Part shown: piece by piece, positions 1-10,068 of the stretch | Layout of the letters: each line of letters opens with the position of its first letter | Position numbering within the stretch: the stretch's first letter is position 1 | Source: a virus | IMG/VR virus record: IMGVR_UViG_3300009594_000003 | Location: 21,652 to 85,651 of that record | DNA: 64,000 nt | Strand: one strand, 5' to 3' | Notes under the pieces: model-generated | Seen by the model: the letters and a program-made list of their open reading frames with translations, nothing else | Told to the model about the DNA's origin: nothing | The model's database searches: none | Program-made: the position numbers and the translations under genes

Positions 1-132
1 TGTCGGGAAAAAGGTTGTTTAACAAATTACCAATTACAATTGCAGAGGGATCACCGCCAAGGGATTCGGCGGGATCATTGTTTGCCGTACCCCCAGAGTA
101 AACGAAAACTATGTCATTCGCACCTATAGCCA

Positions 133-432
133 TTATTTCCCTCGTTTCAAAATGTACCGGACATTTCTAGGTGTGTAGCCCGTCATCTGTGCTATAGTAG
201 AGACGTTAAAAAATGGATTTTCCGCCAGAGCTAAGACATTGTGGTGGTTTGTCACCTGCCGGTTCGGTCTTCCGTGTTTGTGCAGGATTCGATAGACTTC
301 CGCAACGGATTTCCCTGTCTTTAGTGCGATGTCTCGCACCTTCATCCCTGGGTCGCCAAAATACATGTTGGCAACCTCGAACTCCGAATATTGCTTTAGT
401 TCTGTCAAGAAGTCCTTAAAAGAGAAGTCCAT
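133..432 (-). CDS. small protein with two HTH-like motifs
   Basis: VRDIALKTGKSVAEVYRIL and VSTIAQMTGYTPRNVRYIL; N-terminal FSFKDFLTE leader. Confidence 0.65.
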   Translation of the reverse strand: MDFSFKDFLTELKQYSEFEVANMYFGDPGMKVRDIALKTGKSVAEVYRILHKHGRPNRQVTNHHNVLALAENPFFNVSTIAQMTGYTPRNVRYILKRGK

Positions 433-467
433 ACCCTATTTAGATAGACGGAACGTAATTCCTGTTA

Positions 468-496
468 TTGACGCTTTGTTCCATAGCAGGTAGAAT
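468..496 (+). promoter_or_regulatory. sigma70-like promoter
   Basis: TTGACG-N17-TAGAAT followed by GAGGAGG RBS before 525. Confidence 0.6.
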
Positions 497-524
497 CTAG
501 CTGGTTCAGAGGAGGAATTTCTAT

Positions 525-1475
525 ATGGCGGTCTTCAGCTTCGGGAGCGATCCCGAATTCATGCTTTGGAAAAATGGCATTTTCTACAGTGCCATTAACA
601 TCGTGCCGGGCAGCAAAAAGGCCTGTTACGTTATAGACGGCTGCAACTTTTACTACGACAATGTGTTGGCAGAATGCACGATTCAGCCAGCGAAAACCAA
701 AAAAGAAACAGTCAAGAATATCCGCAAGTCTCTCACGTTGTACGCCAACTTGGTCAGGCCCTATTACCTCGTTCCCAGGGCTTCACACCGCTACGATTGG
801 AACCAGTTGAAGAGCAAAGAAGCACTAGAAGCCGGGTGCGATCCAGAATGGTGTGCCTATAGTCTGGAAGTAAAAAAGCCTGACAAGGTGTTTTTCCGCA
901 AGAACAACCTGCGGAGTGGCGGCGGACATATTCACCTTGGCTCAAAGACAATTATCAAAAAGCAGCGTGGGCTGATCTTCACCACTAGGATGCTCGATCT
1001 CTTCCTGGGCATTCCTAGCATCCTCCTAGACCACGATACCTCCTCACCAGAGCGTCGGAAACTCTACGGCCTTGCCGGTAGATTCCGCAAGCCAGACTAC
1101 GGTGTAGAGTATCGATCTATCGGTAACTTCTGGCTCGCTAGCCCAAAGTTGGTTGAGTTGGTCTATGACATCTGCGATTTCACCCTGGGGTTCATAGACG
1201 CCGACAAGCATCTAGAATTCTGGACTATTGACGAAGAGCGTCTGGCTTCAGATGACGCTTGGAATGATGAGAGCTTCAACCCGGCAGACTGCCACAAATG
1301 CCACGGTTATGATGTGGCAGCGTTGAGAGACGCCATCGATAATTCCAATAAAGCCAAAGCCAGGAAATTCATGGACTTCCTGAAACAACAGATGCCTTCC
1401 AAGCTCTATGAAGACATTTGCAGCCTTGCAGATCATCCTGATTTCGAGATGTACAAAGAATGGAGACTCAAATGA
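525..1475 (+). CDS. phage phiEco32-type COOH-NH2 ligase (type 2)
   Basis: GSDPEF, DNVLAE, GCDPE, RSGGGHIHLG, RRKLYGLAG, YGVEYRS motifs. Confidence 0.85.
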   Translation: MAVFSFGSDPEFMLWKNGIFYSAINIVPGSKKACYVIDGCNFYYDNVLAECTIQPAKTKKETVKNIRKSLTLYANLVRPYYLVPRASHRYDWNQLKSKEALEAGCDPEWCAYSLEVKKPDKVFFRKNNLRSGGGHIHLGSKTIIKKQRGLIFTTRMLDLFLGIPSILLDHDTSSPERRKLYGLAGRFRKPDYGVEYRSIGNFWLASPKLVELVYDICDFTLGFIDADKHLEFWTIDEERLASDDAWNDESFNPADCHKCHGYDVAALRDAIDNSNKAKARKFMDFLKQQMPSKLYEDICSLADHPDFEMYKEWRLK

Positions 1476-2104
1476 TTGAAATCTACCCGACCCTCATCAA
1501 TCCCACTCTCGCCAAGAAATGTATCATCTTCATGGCTGGCCGAGGCGGTACGACAAGAGGGCGGCATTTTGAACTCTACAAAGAGCAGCTAGAGAAAATG
1601 AAGGCGGAGAATGTGTTACTTGTCGGGGCTGCTGCGATCAAGGAATACTACCAACAGCCCAGGGGTCCACACGACCAAGCTGAAGCTATTCGTGGTCAAG
1701 GCAAAGCAGTAGGCCAGATTATGAATCTGGTTCTATCTATGGAACATGATTACGAAGTGAAAAGAGAGAACATCTGGTTGGCTGGCTTTTCAGCCGGGGC
1801 TGTAATGGCTGTGATGACGGCGGTTCAGGCGACAAAACACTTTGGCGGCGTCATCGCACACAACGGTGCCATACTAGAACCGAACAACATTCCCGAAGCC
1901 AATGGCATGAAGACACCGTTTGCATTGTTCCACACAAAGGACGACAGTGTATTCAAGTGGGACGAACGATATCTGCCAATGAAGAAGGCACTAATCGACA
2001 AGAAGTACAATGTGACTTGTTTCGAGACTAAAGAAGGCGGGCACACTATTTCCCAAGAACAAATAGAACAAGCTTGTTCGTTTATCTCCCGGCTACACGC
2101 ATAA
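1472..2104 (+). CDS. alpha/beta hydrolase (carboxylesterase/phospholipase-like)
   Basis: GFSAG nucleophile elbow, HTKDD, GGH. Confidence 0.8.
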   Translation: MIEIYPTLINPTLAKKCIIFMAGRGGTTRGRHFELYKEQLEKMKAENVLLVGAAAIKEYYQQPRGPHDQAEAIRGQGKAVGQIMNLVLSMEHDYEVKRENIWLAGFSAGAVMAVMTAVQATKHFGGVIAHNGAILEPNNIPEANGMKTPFALFHTKDDSVFKWDERYLPMKKALIDKKYNVTCFETKEGGHTISQEQIEQACSFISRLHA

Positions 2105-2957
2105 CAGTCATTCTGCCTGGAGGAACTTGAGCCTTCAATCCAGTCAAAGCTACTTCTTCGGGCGTAATAGGCTGGAGATGTACCTTCAACCCGGTTTGCT
2201 GCTTAGAAAGTTCCAAAGCAAGAACCGGGAATTCCTTTTTGAACTCCTCCCAATCGAAACCTGGGGCTAGTTTCAATTCCTTGCCAAGAAGTACAAAGTA
2301 TTTGTTGAGAGGCGAATCTGCGGCTAGTCTGCCAACATAGGCGTGATCGAAGTCGCTAAGAATGATCATCTTTTGGGGAGGGTAATCACCGTAGACGTAG
2401 TAGCAACTAGTTTGAGCCACTACTTCGGTGAACATGGCCTGGGCTGCCAAACATTTTCCAGCCTTAACCTGATCTGGGTTACAAAGGGTCTTCAAATGCC
2501 GGTTGTAGGCCCCATACTCGCCTCTGGCAGAGAAGGGGTGCTGTCCGGCGTAGTGTGAAATGATGTCATGAACGCCTCTGCCACGAACATTGGTCTCGTT
2601 ATCCCAAGCTGGATGATCCCTCTTATTTGAATCGGCGTCAGGGCCGGGTTTCTCGGCGTAGACATTTACCACTGGTTTTTTAATTCCGGCTGCTTTTTGG
2701 GTGTTGATGGCCTGAGTCATCTGCCTCATGCTCTTGTAAGGATCATCCATCGTCGGATTCATGACCCACCTACTCTTCAAAAAGTTATATTGCCTGCCGA
2801 TCTTCCTTTGCAGGTCTTCGTAAGCGGCCCTGGCCCCAGGCTCTTCTGAAGAGGCGATCATGTAAGATGCAGCCACAAGCCGCTGGAAAATGGAGCCTTT
2901 GTAGCTTCCCTTTAGAGCGAGTGCTTCTTGAAGTGATAACCAATTGACGAAATCCAT
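2082..2957 (-). CDS. phage protein with RGVHDxxxH...FSARGE motif
   Basis: 291-aa ORF; motif resembles a domain seen in large phage/polyvalent proteins (from memory). Confidence 0.55.
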   Translation of the reverse strand: MDFVNWLSLQEALALKGSYKGSIFQRLVAASYMIASSEEPGARAAYEDLQRKIGRQYNFLKSRWVMNPTMDDPYKSMRQMTQAINTQKAAGIKKPVVNVYAEKPGPDADSNKRDHPAWDNETNVRGRGVHDIISHYAGQHPFSARGEYGAYNRHLKTLCNPDQVKAGKCLAAQAMFTEVVAQTSCYYVYGDYPPQKMIILSDFDHAYVGRLAADSPLNKYFVLLGKELKLAPGFDWEEFKKEFPVLALELSKQQTGLKVHLQPITPEEVALTGLKAQVPPGRMTVMRVAGR

Positions 2958-2960
2958 GTC

Positions 2961-3767
2961 TTATCTACTATGTCTGCGAAGTTTTCTGCATTCCTCCTTC
3001 ATCCACTCCTTGAACTCCGATGAACGGCACTCGTTGCACGTCCATTTCATGCCAATGTAGCGAAAAATGTCCAACTCAAGATACAAACGCTTCTTGTGAA
3101 TGAAACATATTTCGCCACACTGCCCGCACCATAACTTTTTACGCCCCGGCTTGGCATCCTCGTTAAAGCGATAATGTTTGGCAAGATAGGCTTCAACGGG
3201 GTCCACAGATGAACGGTGGTTCACCGAGAACTTCGGTACAACGGCTTCCCGTTTGGCTTTCTTTCGCTTTTTGGGGAGGTTGTCGTAGTAATCACGAAGA
3301 GGCCCTGGCATAGCAGGCACAGGAAACTTGGTGCCACGCAACCACTGATATGTTGCTCCTGTTTCGCAAACAAAGCTGGGAGGGACTACGGATTGGTGCC
3401 CATTGCCACGAAATTCTATGTTTTGATAGACAATTCTGGTTAGATCGGGGTCTGGAGAAAGAAAAAGATGGTGCTGGGACTTGGAACTACGCCACGTAGG
3501 ATGTGGGTAATCTCCGATGAGCTTCTGTAGCGTGGCATTTGCTTCCTCGTCGTCGCCCTCAACATCTACGACATCTCCCAGCAAAATGCCTATATTGGCA
3601 CCGGGATAGACGTAGAAACCCTCTCTACATCGCTCGACGGACCAGTCCTTATTCCAGCCCATACCAATCGGTCTTTTTGACGAGCGGTGTAATGGAATAG
3701 GCTTGAGTCCCTGACCAATGTATGCTTCGACAAAATCAGCAATGAAAGCTTCCTTTGGCATAATCAA
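2961..3767 (-). CDS. Prim-Pol (bifunctional primase/polymerase N-terminal) domain plus C-terminal Zn ribbon
   Basis: PIPL...KRP, NIGI, VDVE, H, IEFRG..SVVPPS, YQW; CxxC pairs. Confidence 0.8.
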   Translation of the reverse strand: MIMPKEAFIADFVEAYIGQGLKPIPLHRSSKRPIGMGWNKDWSVERCREGFYVYPGANIGILLGDVVDVEGDDEEANATLQKLIGDYPHPTWRSSKSQHHLFLSPDPDLTRIVYQNIEFRGNGHQSVVPPSFVCETGATYQWLRGTKFPVPAMPGPLRDYYDNLPKKRKKAKREAVVPKFSVNHRSSVDPVEAYLAKHYRFNEDAKPGRKKLWCGQCGEICFIHKKRLYLELDIFRYIGMKWTCNECRSSEFKEWMKEECRKLRRHSR

Positions 3768-3794
3768 AGTATTATACCAGACTGTCGAAAACCA

Positions 3795-3935
3795 TCAAGC
3801 CTTGTATTTCACGGCCTCGATTATCTGCGATCTAGTCAGCGTCTCTACCTTGATACTGTGTTTGTGTGCCCAATCAGCAATTTTGGCGTATATAGCTAAC
3901 CGATCCCTTCTCAGCCAATAGTTGGTAAGTGCCAT
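3795..3935 (-). CDS. 46-aa hypothetical protein (MALTNYWLRRD...)
   Basis: manually translated; GGGGAG RBS. Confidence 0.5.
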   Translation of the reverse strand: MALTNYWLRRDRLAIYAKIADWAHKHSIKVETLTRSQIIEAVKYKA

Positions 3936-4061
3936 TGATCTCCCCGTTCTTATTAACGGTGGAGTTAGATATACCAGATTCTATAGATAACGCAATAGCT
4001 ACTCTAGACATTTTTGCCAAAATAGAATAAATTGTACCACGACCTAGAAAGGGAAACCTAC

Positions 4062-4982
4062 ATGAAAGTTTTCGTTACTGGCGGGACCGGCTTCATCGGC
4101 TCAAATCTAGTCAAAGAACTAGTAAAGAGAGGGCATAGAGTAGTGGCGACTGGTTGCAAAACCGAGGTCAAATTACATGGCGACGTGCAATTTCTCGGTC
4201 TGCATTTAATGGGCATCAACTGGCACGCCCTGGACGGTATAGATGCCGTGGTGCATCTTGCGGCCAATAACGACACGATGGACCGGGATAGGCAAGAGAT
4301 GTTCTTGGCTAATGTAGACTCTTCGGTAAAGTTGATGTATGAGGCAGGGTGCCGTGGTGCTAAGAGCTTTGTATACGCCTCTAGTTGTGCCGTGTACGGT
4401 TCCGCTCCTGCTCCTTATGTCGAAGATGAAACAGTTCCAGTTCCACTCAATGTATATGGTGAATCCAAGCTATACATAGAAAAGGAAGCCGAGGTCTATT
4501 GGAACAGGGTGGGCACAACTTCGCTTCAAAAGATGCCGATGATTGGGCTGAGATTCTCGAACGTGTACGGCCCAGGAGAGGATCACAAGGGAAAACGAGC
4601 CAGCATGGTGCATCAGATCATACAGAAAATGCTACGAGGGCAGTCGCCACGGCTATTCGAGTTCGGCGAACAACAAAGGGATTGGGTCTATGTAGACGAC
4701 GTGGTGCAGGCAATTGTACTCGCATTAGAGTACACAGGTCCACACGTAGTTCTCAATTGCGGCAGCGGTAAAGCTGAGTCTTTCAACAAAATCGTACAGA
4801 TAGCCAACAAGCTAATTCGTACAAACAACGGGCTAATTCCGCTCGACATCCTGTATGTGGCTAACCCTAGCCCAGAGACCTACCAGGATTTTACTCTCTG
4901 CGATATGAGCAAAGCCGAAAGAGTGCTTGGTCACAAACCTAAATACGACCTGGAGGCGGGCATAGCCGCCCTCTTGAAATAA
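4062..4982 (+). CDS. NAD-dependent nucleotide-sugar epimerase, HldD/RfaD-like
   Basis: TGGTGFIG, YASSCAVYG, YGESK, NVYGPGEDHKG..ASMV, RDWVYVDD. Confidence 0.85.
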   Translation: MKVFVTGGTGFIGSNLVKELVKRGHRVVATGCKTEVKLHGDVQFLGLHLMGINWHALDGIDAVVHLAANNDTMDRDRQEMFLANVDSSVKLMYEAGCRGAKSFVYASSCAVYGSAPAPYVEDETVPVPLNVYGESKLYIEKEAEVYWNRVGTTSLQKMPMIGLRFSNVYGPGEDHKGKRASMVHQIIQKMLRGQSPRLFEFGEQQRDWVYVDDVVQAIVLALEYTGPHVVLNCGSGKAESFNKIVQIANKLIRTNNGLIPLDILYVANPSPETYQDFTLCDMSKAERVLGHKPKYDLEAGIAALLK

Positions 4983-4983
4983 A

Positions 4984-5019
4984 AAAATCAATGGGCCGGA
5001 AAACCGGCCCATTGATTTT
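4984..5019. terminator. bidirectional intrinsic terminator
   Basis: AAAATCAATGGGCCGG-AAAA-CCGGCCCATTGATTTT between convergent genes. Confidence 0.85.
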
Positions 5020-5037
5020 GGAGGTTATTGGAGTTAC

Positions 5038-5829
5038 TTATAGCTGACCGATTCTGGTTGCAGGCGAAAATCCAGGTTCTCCTGGTTTTGGCTGAGTCTC
5101 GCCTTGCGGCACTTGAGCCAAAGCTAAAGCGTTAGGGTCTATCTCTGGAAAAAGTGCATCCTCTCGCACGCTGATGCCATCCCAATTCTTCTGATTTGGG
5201 TCTGGACCAATCATGCCCATGACGGAGTTCCACCAATCGGTTTCCTCCTTCGTCATTTGCTTCTTGGCACCCTTCTTCATTGTCTTGCAGGAACATTTGG
5301 ACATCATCTTGTTGCAGCCCTTACACTTGCCGTCGTCCTTCTTCATGCCCTTCTTCATTATCTCACCCTTGGCAAACGGCGGCTTCTTACCCTTGCCCTT
5401 CTTCGGCGGTGGAGGCATATCCATGTCTTCTTCGTCACCCATGCCTTCTTCGTCACTCATGCCTTCTTCGTCGCCCAGGTCTAGTTCCTCATCGCCCAGG
5501 CCCTCTTCGTCGCCTAGTTCTTCGTCGCCCAGACCTTCCTCATCATCCAAACTGACTTTTTCCTCGTCGTCCAGGCCCTCTTCATCACCTAGTTCAAGGT
5601 CGGCATCGTCTAGCTTTGGATCAAGTTCTTCTTCGTCTTCAGGAACATCCTTGCCGAACATCTTTTTCTTCATCTTCTTGGCTTCTAATAGCTTCCACTT
5701 TGCAAGCCAATCAGAAGCTCCAGTTGACCCGACAATACCGCCAACAGTAGCGGGCCGAGCAACACCTAGAGTGAACGATGTTCCGGTTACGGACTCGTTT
5801 AAGTCTCTCCATTCCTTAAATGTCAGCAT
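5038..5829 (-). CDS. acidic low-complexity protein, probable virion internal protein
   Basis: (L/M)GDEE repeats; MLTFKEWRDLNES leader. Confidence 0.7.
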   Translation of the reverse strand: MLTFKEWRDLNESVTGTSFTLGVARPATVGGIVGSTGASDWLAKWKLLEAKKMKKKMFGKDVPEDEEELDPKLDDADLELGDEEGLDDEEKVSLDDEEGLGDEELGDEEGLGDEELDLGDEEGMSDEEGMGDEEDMDMPPPPKKGKGKKPPFAKGEIMKKGMKKDDGKCKGCNKMMSKCSCKTMKKGAKKQMTKEETDWWNSVMGMIGPDPNQKNWDGISVREDALFPEIDPNALALAQVPQGETQPKPGEPGFSPATRIGQL

Positions 5830-5944
5830 GTGTTGTCTCCAAAAATCTTGTATCTAATACCAATTGCTGGTAAACTATATATGTAGGAGTGCCCGAATTC
5901 AACCAGGCACCGTCCATTTCTTATTATCTTATCTAGGAGGCAAT

Positions 5945-6238
5945 ATGAAGAAATTCATAGCTACAATCGGTCTGTTGGCCTTGGGACTTTTTGCATTTGG
6001 ATCAACGGCTCAAGCACAGCAAAGGCACAATCACCCAAACAACAACCATCACTACAACCAGTACAACAACCACAACAACTGTAACCCGTACCCGTATCCG
6101 CACCATCATCACTATCCAAGGCCGTACCCATATCCTTATCCATACGTGAACCCCTACTACCCGTATTACCCGTACCCGTATTACCCGTACCCGTATTATC
6201 CACACAGCTACTTCCAGTTTCAGCTTAGGATTCGTTAA
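5945..6238 (+). CDS. secreted His/Pro/Tyr-rich protein
   Basis: GGAGG RBS, signal peptide ending AQA, YPYPY repeats. Confidence 0.7.
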   Translation: MKKFIATIGLLALGLFAFGSTAQAQQRHNHPNNNHHYNQYNNHNNCNPYPYPHHHHYPRPYPYPYPYVNPYYPYYPYPYYPYPYYPHSYFQFQLRIR

Positions 6239-7092
6239 TGAAAAATCACCTACTCAGGGCGGCAGTCATCATCGTTGGCCTAGTTCTAGGTTGGAACGGG
6301 TTTAAGTGGTGGTACAGTCGCCAGTTTGCATTGGAGTACATCCAAGAAGACTTCCTACAAAACAGGAAGAATGAGATGACTCCTATAATTCCGCAGCAAC
6401 AAACCGAAGAAATGAAAATAATCGAGGCGATAAACACTAGAAACGCCTCGATCAATTCGGTAAGCTGTAATGTGGATATCCGGGCTACCCACCAATTCAC
6501 GGTGAAGCTCACCGCAGTCATTCGCCATGAAAAGAAGCTCCGGTTCCGAATGCAGACAAATTCAGTTCTAGGTAGGGAATCAGACATCGGTTCTAACGAT
6601 ACGCACTTCTGGTTCTGGTCTAAAAGGATGGACCCGCCCTACCTGTTTTTTGGGCGGCACGAGAACCTGATGAAGAGCAGATTGCGGACACCCTTTAACC
6701 CTGAGTGGCTTGTAGAACTGTTGGGCGTTGGGGATATAAACTACCAGAATGCTTTCGTCGTAAGAAACGGCAAGCTCGTAGCCATCCTGCAACCGAAAAC
6801 AAGTACGAACGGTGAACAAATCACCAAAGTCACATTGATCGATCCAGAGAGAATGGTGGTGGTGGGCCACTATCTCTATGATTCGGCGGATAAACTGATC
6901 GCCAGTGCTGAGGTAGAAAGTTTGTTGACTACCAACACCGGCCATATCGTTCCACGCAAGTTGAAAATGATCTGGCACGAAGAAGGTGTATTAGTAGAAT
7001 GGACTCTGCGGGACATCAGAATCAACGCCCCACAGAGTCCATCTAGCTGGCAAATGCCAGACGTAAGACAAAAAATGGAGTTAGGCAACTAA
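6238..7092 (+). CDS. membrane-anchored hypothetical protein, possibly LolA-like fold
   Basis: N-terminal TM; DIGSNDTHFWFW motif. Confidence 0.6.
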   Translation: MKNHLLRAAVIIVGLVLGWNGFKWWYSRQFALEYIQEDFLQNRKNEMTPIIPQQQTEEMKIIEAINTRNASINSVSCNVDIRATHQFTVKLTAVIRHEKKLRFRMQTNSVLGRESDIGSNDTHFWFWSKRMDPPYLFFGRHENLMKSRLRTPFNPEWLVELLGVGDINYQNAFVVRNGKLVAILQPKTSTNGEQITKVTLIDPERMVVVGHYLYDSADKLIASAEVESLLTTNTGHIVPRKLKMIWHEEGVLVEWTLRDIRINAPQSPSSWQMPDVRQKMELGN

Positions 7093-7094
7093 CA

Positions 7095-7325
7095 TTACTT
7101 GCCGAACTTCTTGAGAATAGTTTCTCTCCTCTTCTTTTCAATGGCTAGCCGTTCCTTGTTCATGCCAGCGGGACTTTTTTGTTGTTGCACTGCCAAAGCC
7201 CTCAACTCGGTTGGAGACTTTGCGGCAGCCAAACCCCCCTGGATCGATCTTTGAGCAGGCGTGACCACCGGCCTTGCTCCCGCCACGTTTCTGATTGGCC
7301 TTCCACCACCGCAGCCACATCCCAT
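7095..7325 (-). CDS. small basic protein (MGCGCGGG...)
   Basis: GGAGG RBS before ATG at 7325. Confidence 0.6.
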   Translation of the reverse strand: MGCGCGGGRPIRNVAGARPVVTPAQRSIQGGLAAAKSPTELRALAVQQQKSPAGMNKERLAIEKKRRETILKKFGK

Positions 7326-7505
7326 AGTGTACCTCCAACTAAGCAAATATCTTTCTTCTGGGCTTCTGAACCTTGTCCACGGCTTCCTTTTTCTGTGTAG
7401 AGACAATGTTCGCACTCTTGTGACCGCACCCGCAGCCATTCTGTCTCGGTTGAACTTGTCGTCGCTGTGCTGGGTTCATGCTGTATATATCCTAGTAAGA
7501 AAACA

Positions 7506-7537
7506 ATAAGGCTGGCAGTTGAACTGCCAGCCTTATT
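7506..7537. terminator. intrinsic terminator hairpin
   Basis: AATAAGGCTGGCAG-TTGAA-CTGCCAGCCTTATT. Confidence 0.75.
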
Positions 7538-7558
7538 CGGAATCACCCAAGATGGACG

Positions 7559-7672
7559 TTAGCTTCTCTTGCTAGAGTTGCTCTTCTTGGCCTTCTTGCC
7601 CTTCGTTTCCTTCTTGATGGTCTTCTTTGCCTTCTTCGGAGTCTCCTTAGAGGCGGTAGTCTTCTTACTCAT
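7559..7672 (-). CDS. 37-aa Lys-rich peptide
   Basis: MSKKTTASKETPKKAKKTIKKETKGKKAKKSNSSKRS; AAAGGAG RBS. Confidence 0.6.
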   Translation of the reverse strand: MSKKTTASKETPKKAKKTIKKETKGKKAKKSNSSKRS

Positions 7673-7714
7673 TACGATTATCTCCTTTGTTGAGGTAAGT
7701 GAACTAGTAGAGAA

Positions 7715-8398
7715 TCATTGTATCAAAAAATCACAGCACGAGAAAACTTTTGTATCCTCCATGTCAAAATTCTTATCGTGTTGTAGATTACCGACACATC
7801 CTCCTAACGTCGGTATCAACAACCTCTTGCCAGGAGGGCGGTATCTCTTGGTGTAGAACTTGATTATAGCCTCCTCGTATTTTTTGTAGAGCTTGTGCAT
7901 ACGCACCCCTGGAATGTGTTTTGAGAGATTGAAGCAAGCAAGGATGTTTGAGACGGTCTTGAGGGCGTAATGTATCTTGACCTTCTTCCGGCCACGACCA
8001 ACCTTGTTGAAGTCGATGAACCAAGTCAATGAATCTGGATCGTAACTGAAAACGGGATTGAGGAGGCCGACCTTCTCATGTGCGTCTATGTAGTCCTCGA
8101 TCTCCGAGAGGAACATAGACCTGCGGTGTCCAAGGTAGAAGACGTTGTAGAAGTAACCAGGGATGGTGCGGAAAGTCAGGGCCAAGATATTCTTGTTGAC
8201 CTTGGTGTTGAAGTTGTGACGCAAGCAAAAGGGGCAGAAGAACTCGCTACCGGAGAGTTTTTCGCAGATGCCCCTGATTTCCGGGTAGAGACCTACGGTT
8301 TTTTCGCAAAAGCTGCATGTGAAATGTATCTTCTCAGATAATTCGTTCTTAACTGCCTTCTTTGGCAACAGTCGCACATTTTTGACGCTTACGCTCAT
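7715..8398 (-). CDS. hypothetical protein with N-terminal Zn finger
   Basis: CSFC...CPFC. Confidence 0.65.
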   Translation of the reverse strand: MSVSVKNVRLLPKKAVKNELSEKIHFTCSFCEKTVGLYPEIRGICEKLSGSEFFCPFCLRHNFNTKVNKNILALTFRTIPGYFYNVFYLGHRRSMFLSEIEDYIDAHEKVGLLNPVFSYDPDSLTWFIDFNKVGRGRKKVKIHYALKTVSNILACFNLSKHIPGVRMHKLYKKYEEAIIKFYTKRYRPPGKRLLIPTLGGCVGNLQHDKNFDMEDTKVFSCCDFLIQ

Positions 8399-8512
8399 CT
8401 ATCCTACACCCAAGGGCCTAGATTCAGGAATGCTATCAGAACTTCCGAAAAAAATCAATTTTCGCCCTATATACCAAAGGAATTCCAACTCGAAATAAGC
8501 GAGGTATACCTT

Positions 8513-8734
8513 ATGAAGACATTCATGCAATGGGCTGAGACAAACAAGCACGACCTGAGTTTTCTAGTTACAGATGCCCCAGAGGGCAAGGATACTGTGG
8601 ACGAGAAGACCAAGCGTGCCGGTATCAGCGATAACTATCCTGATGCCTACGTGAAGAAGCAATATCCTCACAAGTATTTCAACCCGATTTCCGCCACGGC
8701 TGACAGCCAGCTAGGTGGGAAGATTGGCAGCTAA
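8513..8734 (+). CDS. small hypothetical protein (MKTFMQWAE leader)
   Basis: GAGG RBS; followed by terminator. Confidence 0.65.
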   Translation: MKTFMQWAETNKHDLSFLVTDAPEGKDTVDEKTKRAGISDNYPDAYVKKQYPHKYFNPISATADSQLGGKIGS

Positions 8735-8735
8735 A

Positions 8736-8765
8736 CAAAAAGCCCGGCGTAAGCCGGGCTTTTTG
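8736..8765. terminator. bidirectional terminator
   Basis: AAAAAGCCCGGC-GTAA-GCCGGGCTTTTT. Confidence 0.85.
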
Positions 8766-8766
8766 T

Positions 8767-9402
8767 TTATAGATTGTGATTCCAAGCTCGCTCGTCCTCA
8801 GAATAAAGTTCATTCTGTTCTCTCAGACTCAGCACGTAGTCCAATGCACGCTCTACATCCATAGAGTCATGGATGTAGTTTTCCATGTTCCTAAGCCGTT
8901 CGTACTTAGCATATCGGTTCGGCGGATTCTTAGCCGTAGATAGGTCTACAAAATCGACCTTGGAAGGTACTGCCTTGGAACTGGACTTGCCGGATTTATT
9001 TGCAGTGGGTGCCGACTTGCTGCCGCAATTGCTAGCACCACCTGGGCCGCAGCAAGACCCACTAGTGGAAGGATTCAACACCTTCTGGATTCGTTTCTCG
9101 TGATCTTTCTGAACGACTGTCTTATCGTCATCGTCATCTGGCACATCTAGTCGCTCCCAATAACCCCACTGATCTTCATTCTGCGGGTTCTGAACGACCA
9201 TGCCCGACTTGTAATACTTTTGGATGATCTGTTCGACACGTTCTTTGGTCAGGTTGGCTTCTTTTGATATAGCAGACGTACTTCGCCACTTGTACTTCGG
9301 ATGACGTGCTAGTGCTATAAAGAAACGCTGTTCCTCATCACCTTCTTTGGTGCCTTGAGGATATACCTGCGTCCACTTCTTCAACTTCTTTTTATTCGCC
9401 AT
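8767..9402 (-). CDS. hypothetical protein, possible winged-HTH N-terminus
   Basis: WRSTSAISKEANLTKERVEQII; GGAG RBS. Confidence 0.6.
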   Translation of the reverse strand: MANKKKLKKWTQVYPQGTKEGDEEQRFFIALARHPKYKWRSTSAISKEANLTKERVEQIIQKYYKSGMVVQNPQNEDQWGYWERLDVPDDDDDKTVVQKDHEKRIQKVLNPSTSGSCCGPGGASNCGSKSAPTANKSGKSSSKAVPSKVDFVDLSTAKNPPNRYAKYERLRNMENYIHDSMDVERALDYVLSLREQNELYSEDERAWNHNL

Positions 9403-9497
9403 AGTATTTTTCTCCAAACTACTATAGATAGAGTGTAGCTAATTAGATCGGCTGGCACAATATCTAAGTAACAGCCGAAGAAAAAAGAAAGGTCAGT

Positions 9498-9977
9498 ATG
9501 GGCAAAATCAACCGTCTCAGTAAGAGAGTAACCAAGTACGAAGCTCTCGCACAACAGCGTGAGCGACTGGAGTATAAGACGAAAGGCGAAGGACTCTATC
9601 TATATAGAAACAAGTCCAAGGATGCAACATTAGAGTTGCCAAAGCCAACCACATCAGGCCAACGTGTCGTTCAACCGCTGGGAGAGTGGCAAGGCGACAA
9701 CTACTACATGCAGTTGGTGAGGACCAATCTAGCAACTCTCGTCCGTGAAATTATATCTCCAACAGAGGAAAAAGCCATGAACGAAAAGAAACTCATTCTA
9801 GATCAACCCGACCGTGTGACCGTCAAAGGCACTGTCGAGCAGGTTTTGGTCGAGCCAAACGACGCAGAAGCAACCCCGCCGACGTCAACCAGAAGGACCA
9901 AGAGAGAGCATTCCAAGAAGAAAGAAACGCTCTTGAACGAGGCCCCGGTAGATGGGGTTGAGATCGTTTTGAGCTAA
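9498..9977 (+). CDS. hypothetical protein
   Basis: 159-aa ORF with AAAGG RBS and downstream hairpin. Confidence 0.65.
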   Translation: MGKINRLSKRVTKYEALAQQRERLEYKTKGEGLYLYRNKSKDATLELPKPTTSGQRVVQPLGEWQGDNYYMQLVRTNLATLVREIISPTEEKAMNEKKLILDQPDRVTVKGTVEQVLVEPNDAEATPPTSTRRTKREHSKKKETLLNEAPVDGVEIVLS

Positions 9978-10000
9978 CCCGAAAAAGACAATTTTATTCT

Positions 10001-10032
10001 AGAGCCGTCGTGCTTCCGCACGACGGCTCTTT
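10001..10032 (+). terminator. intrinsic terminator
   Basis: AGAGCCGTCGTGC-TTCC-GCACGACGGCTCT-TT. Confidence 0.75.
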
Positions 10033-10068
10033 CTACATCAGGCTTCTAGATTCCCCGAATTAGGCCAC

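Noticed and set aside
5213-5857. 214-aa Ser-rich plus-strand ORF
   Set aside because: Antisense shadow of the acidic DEE-repeat gene.
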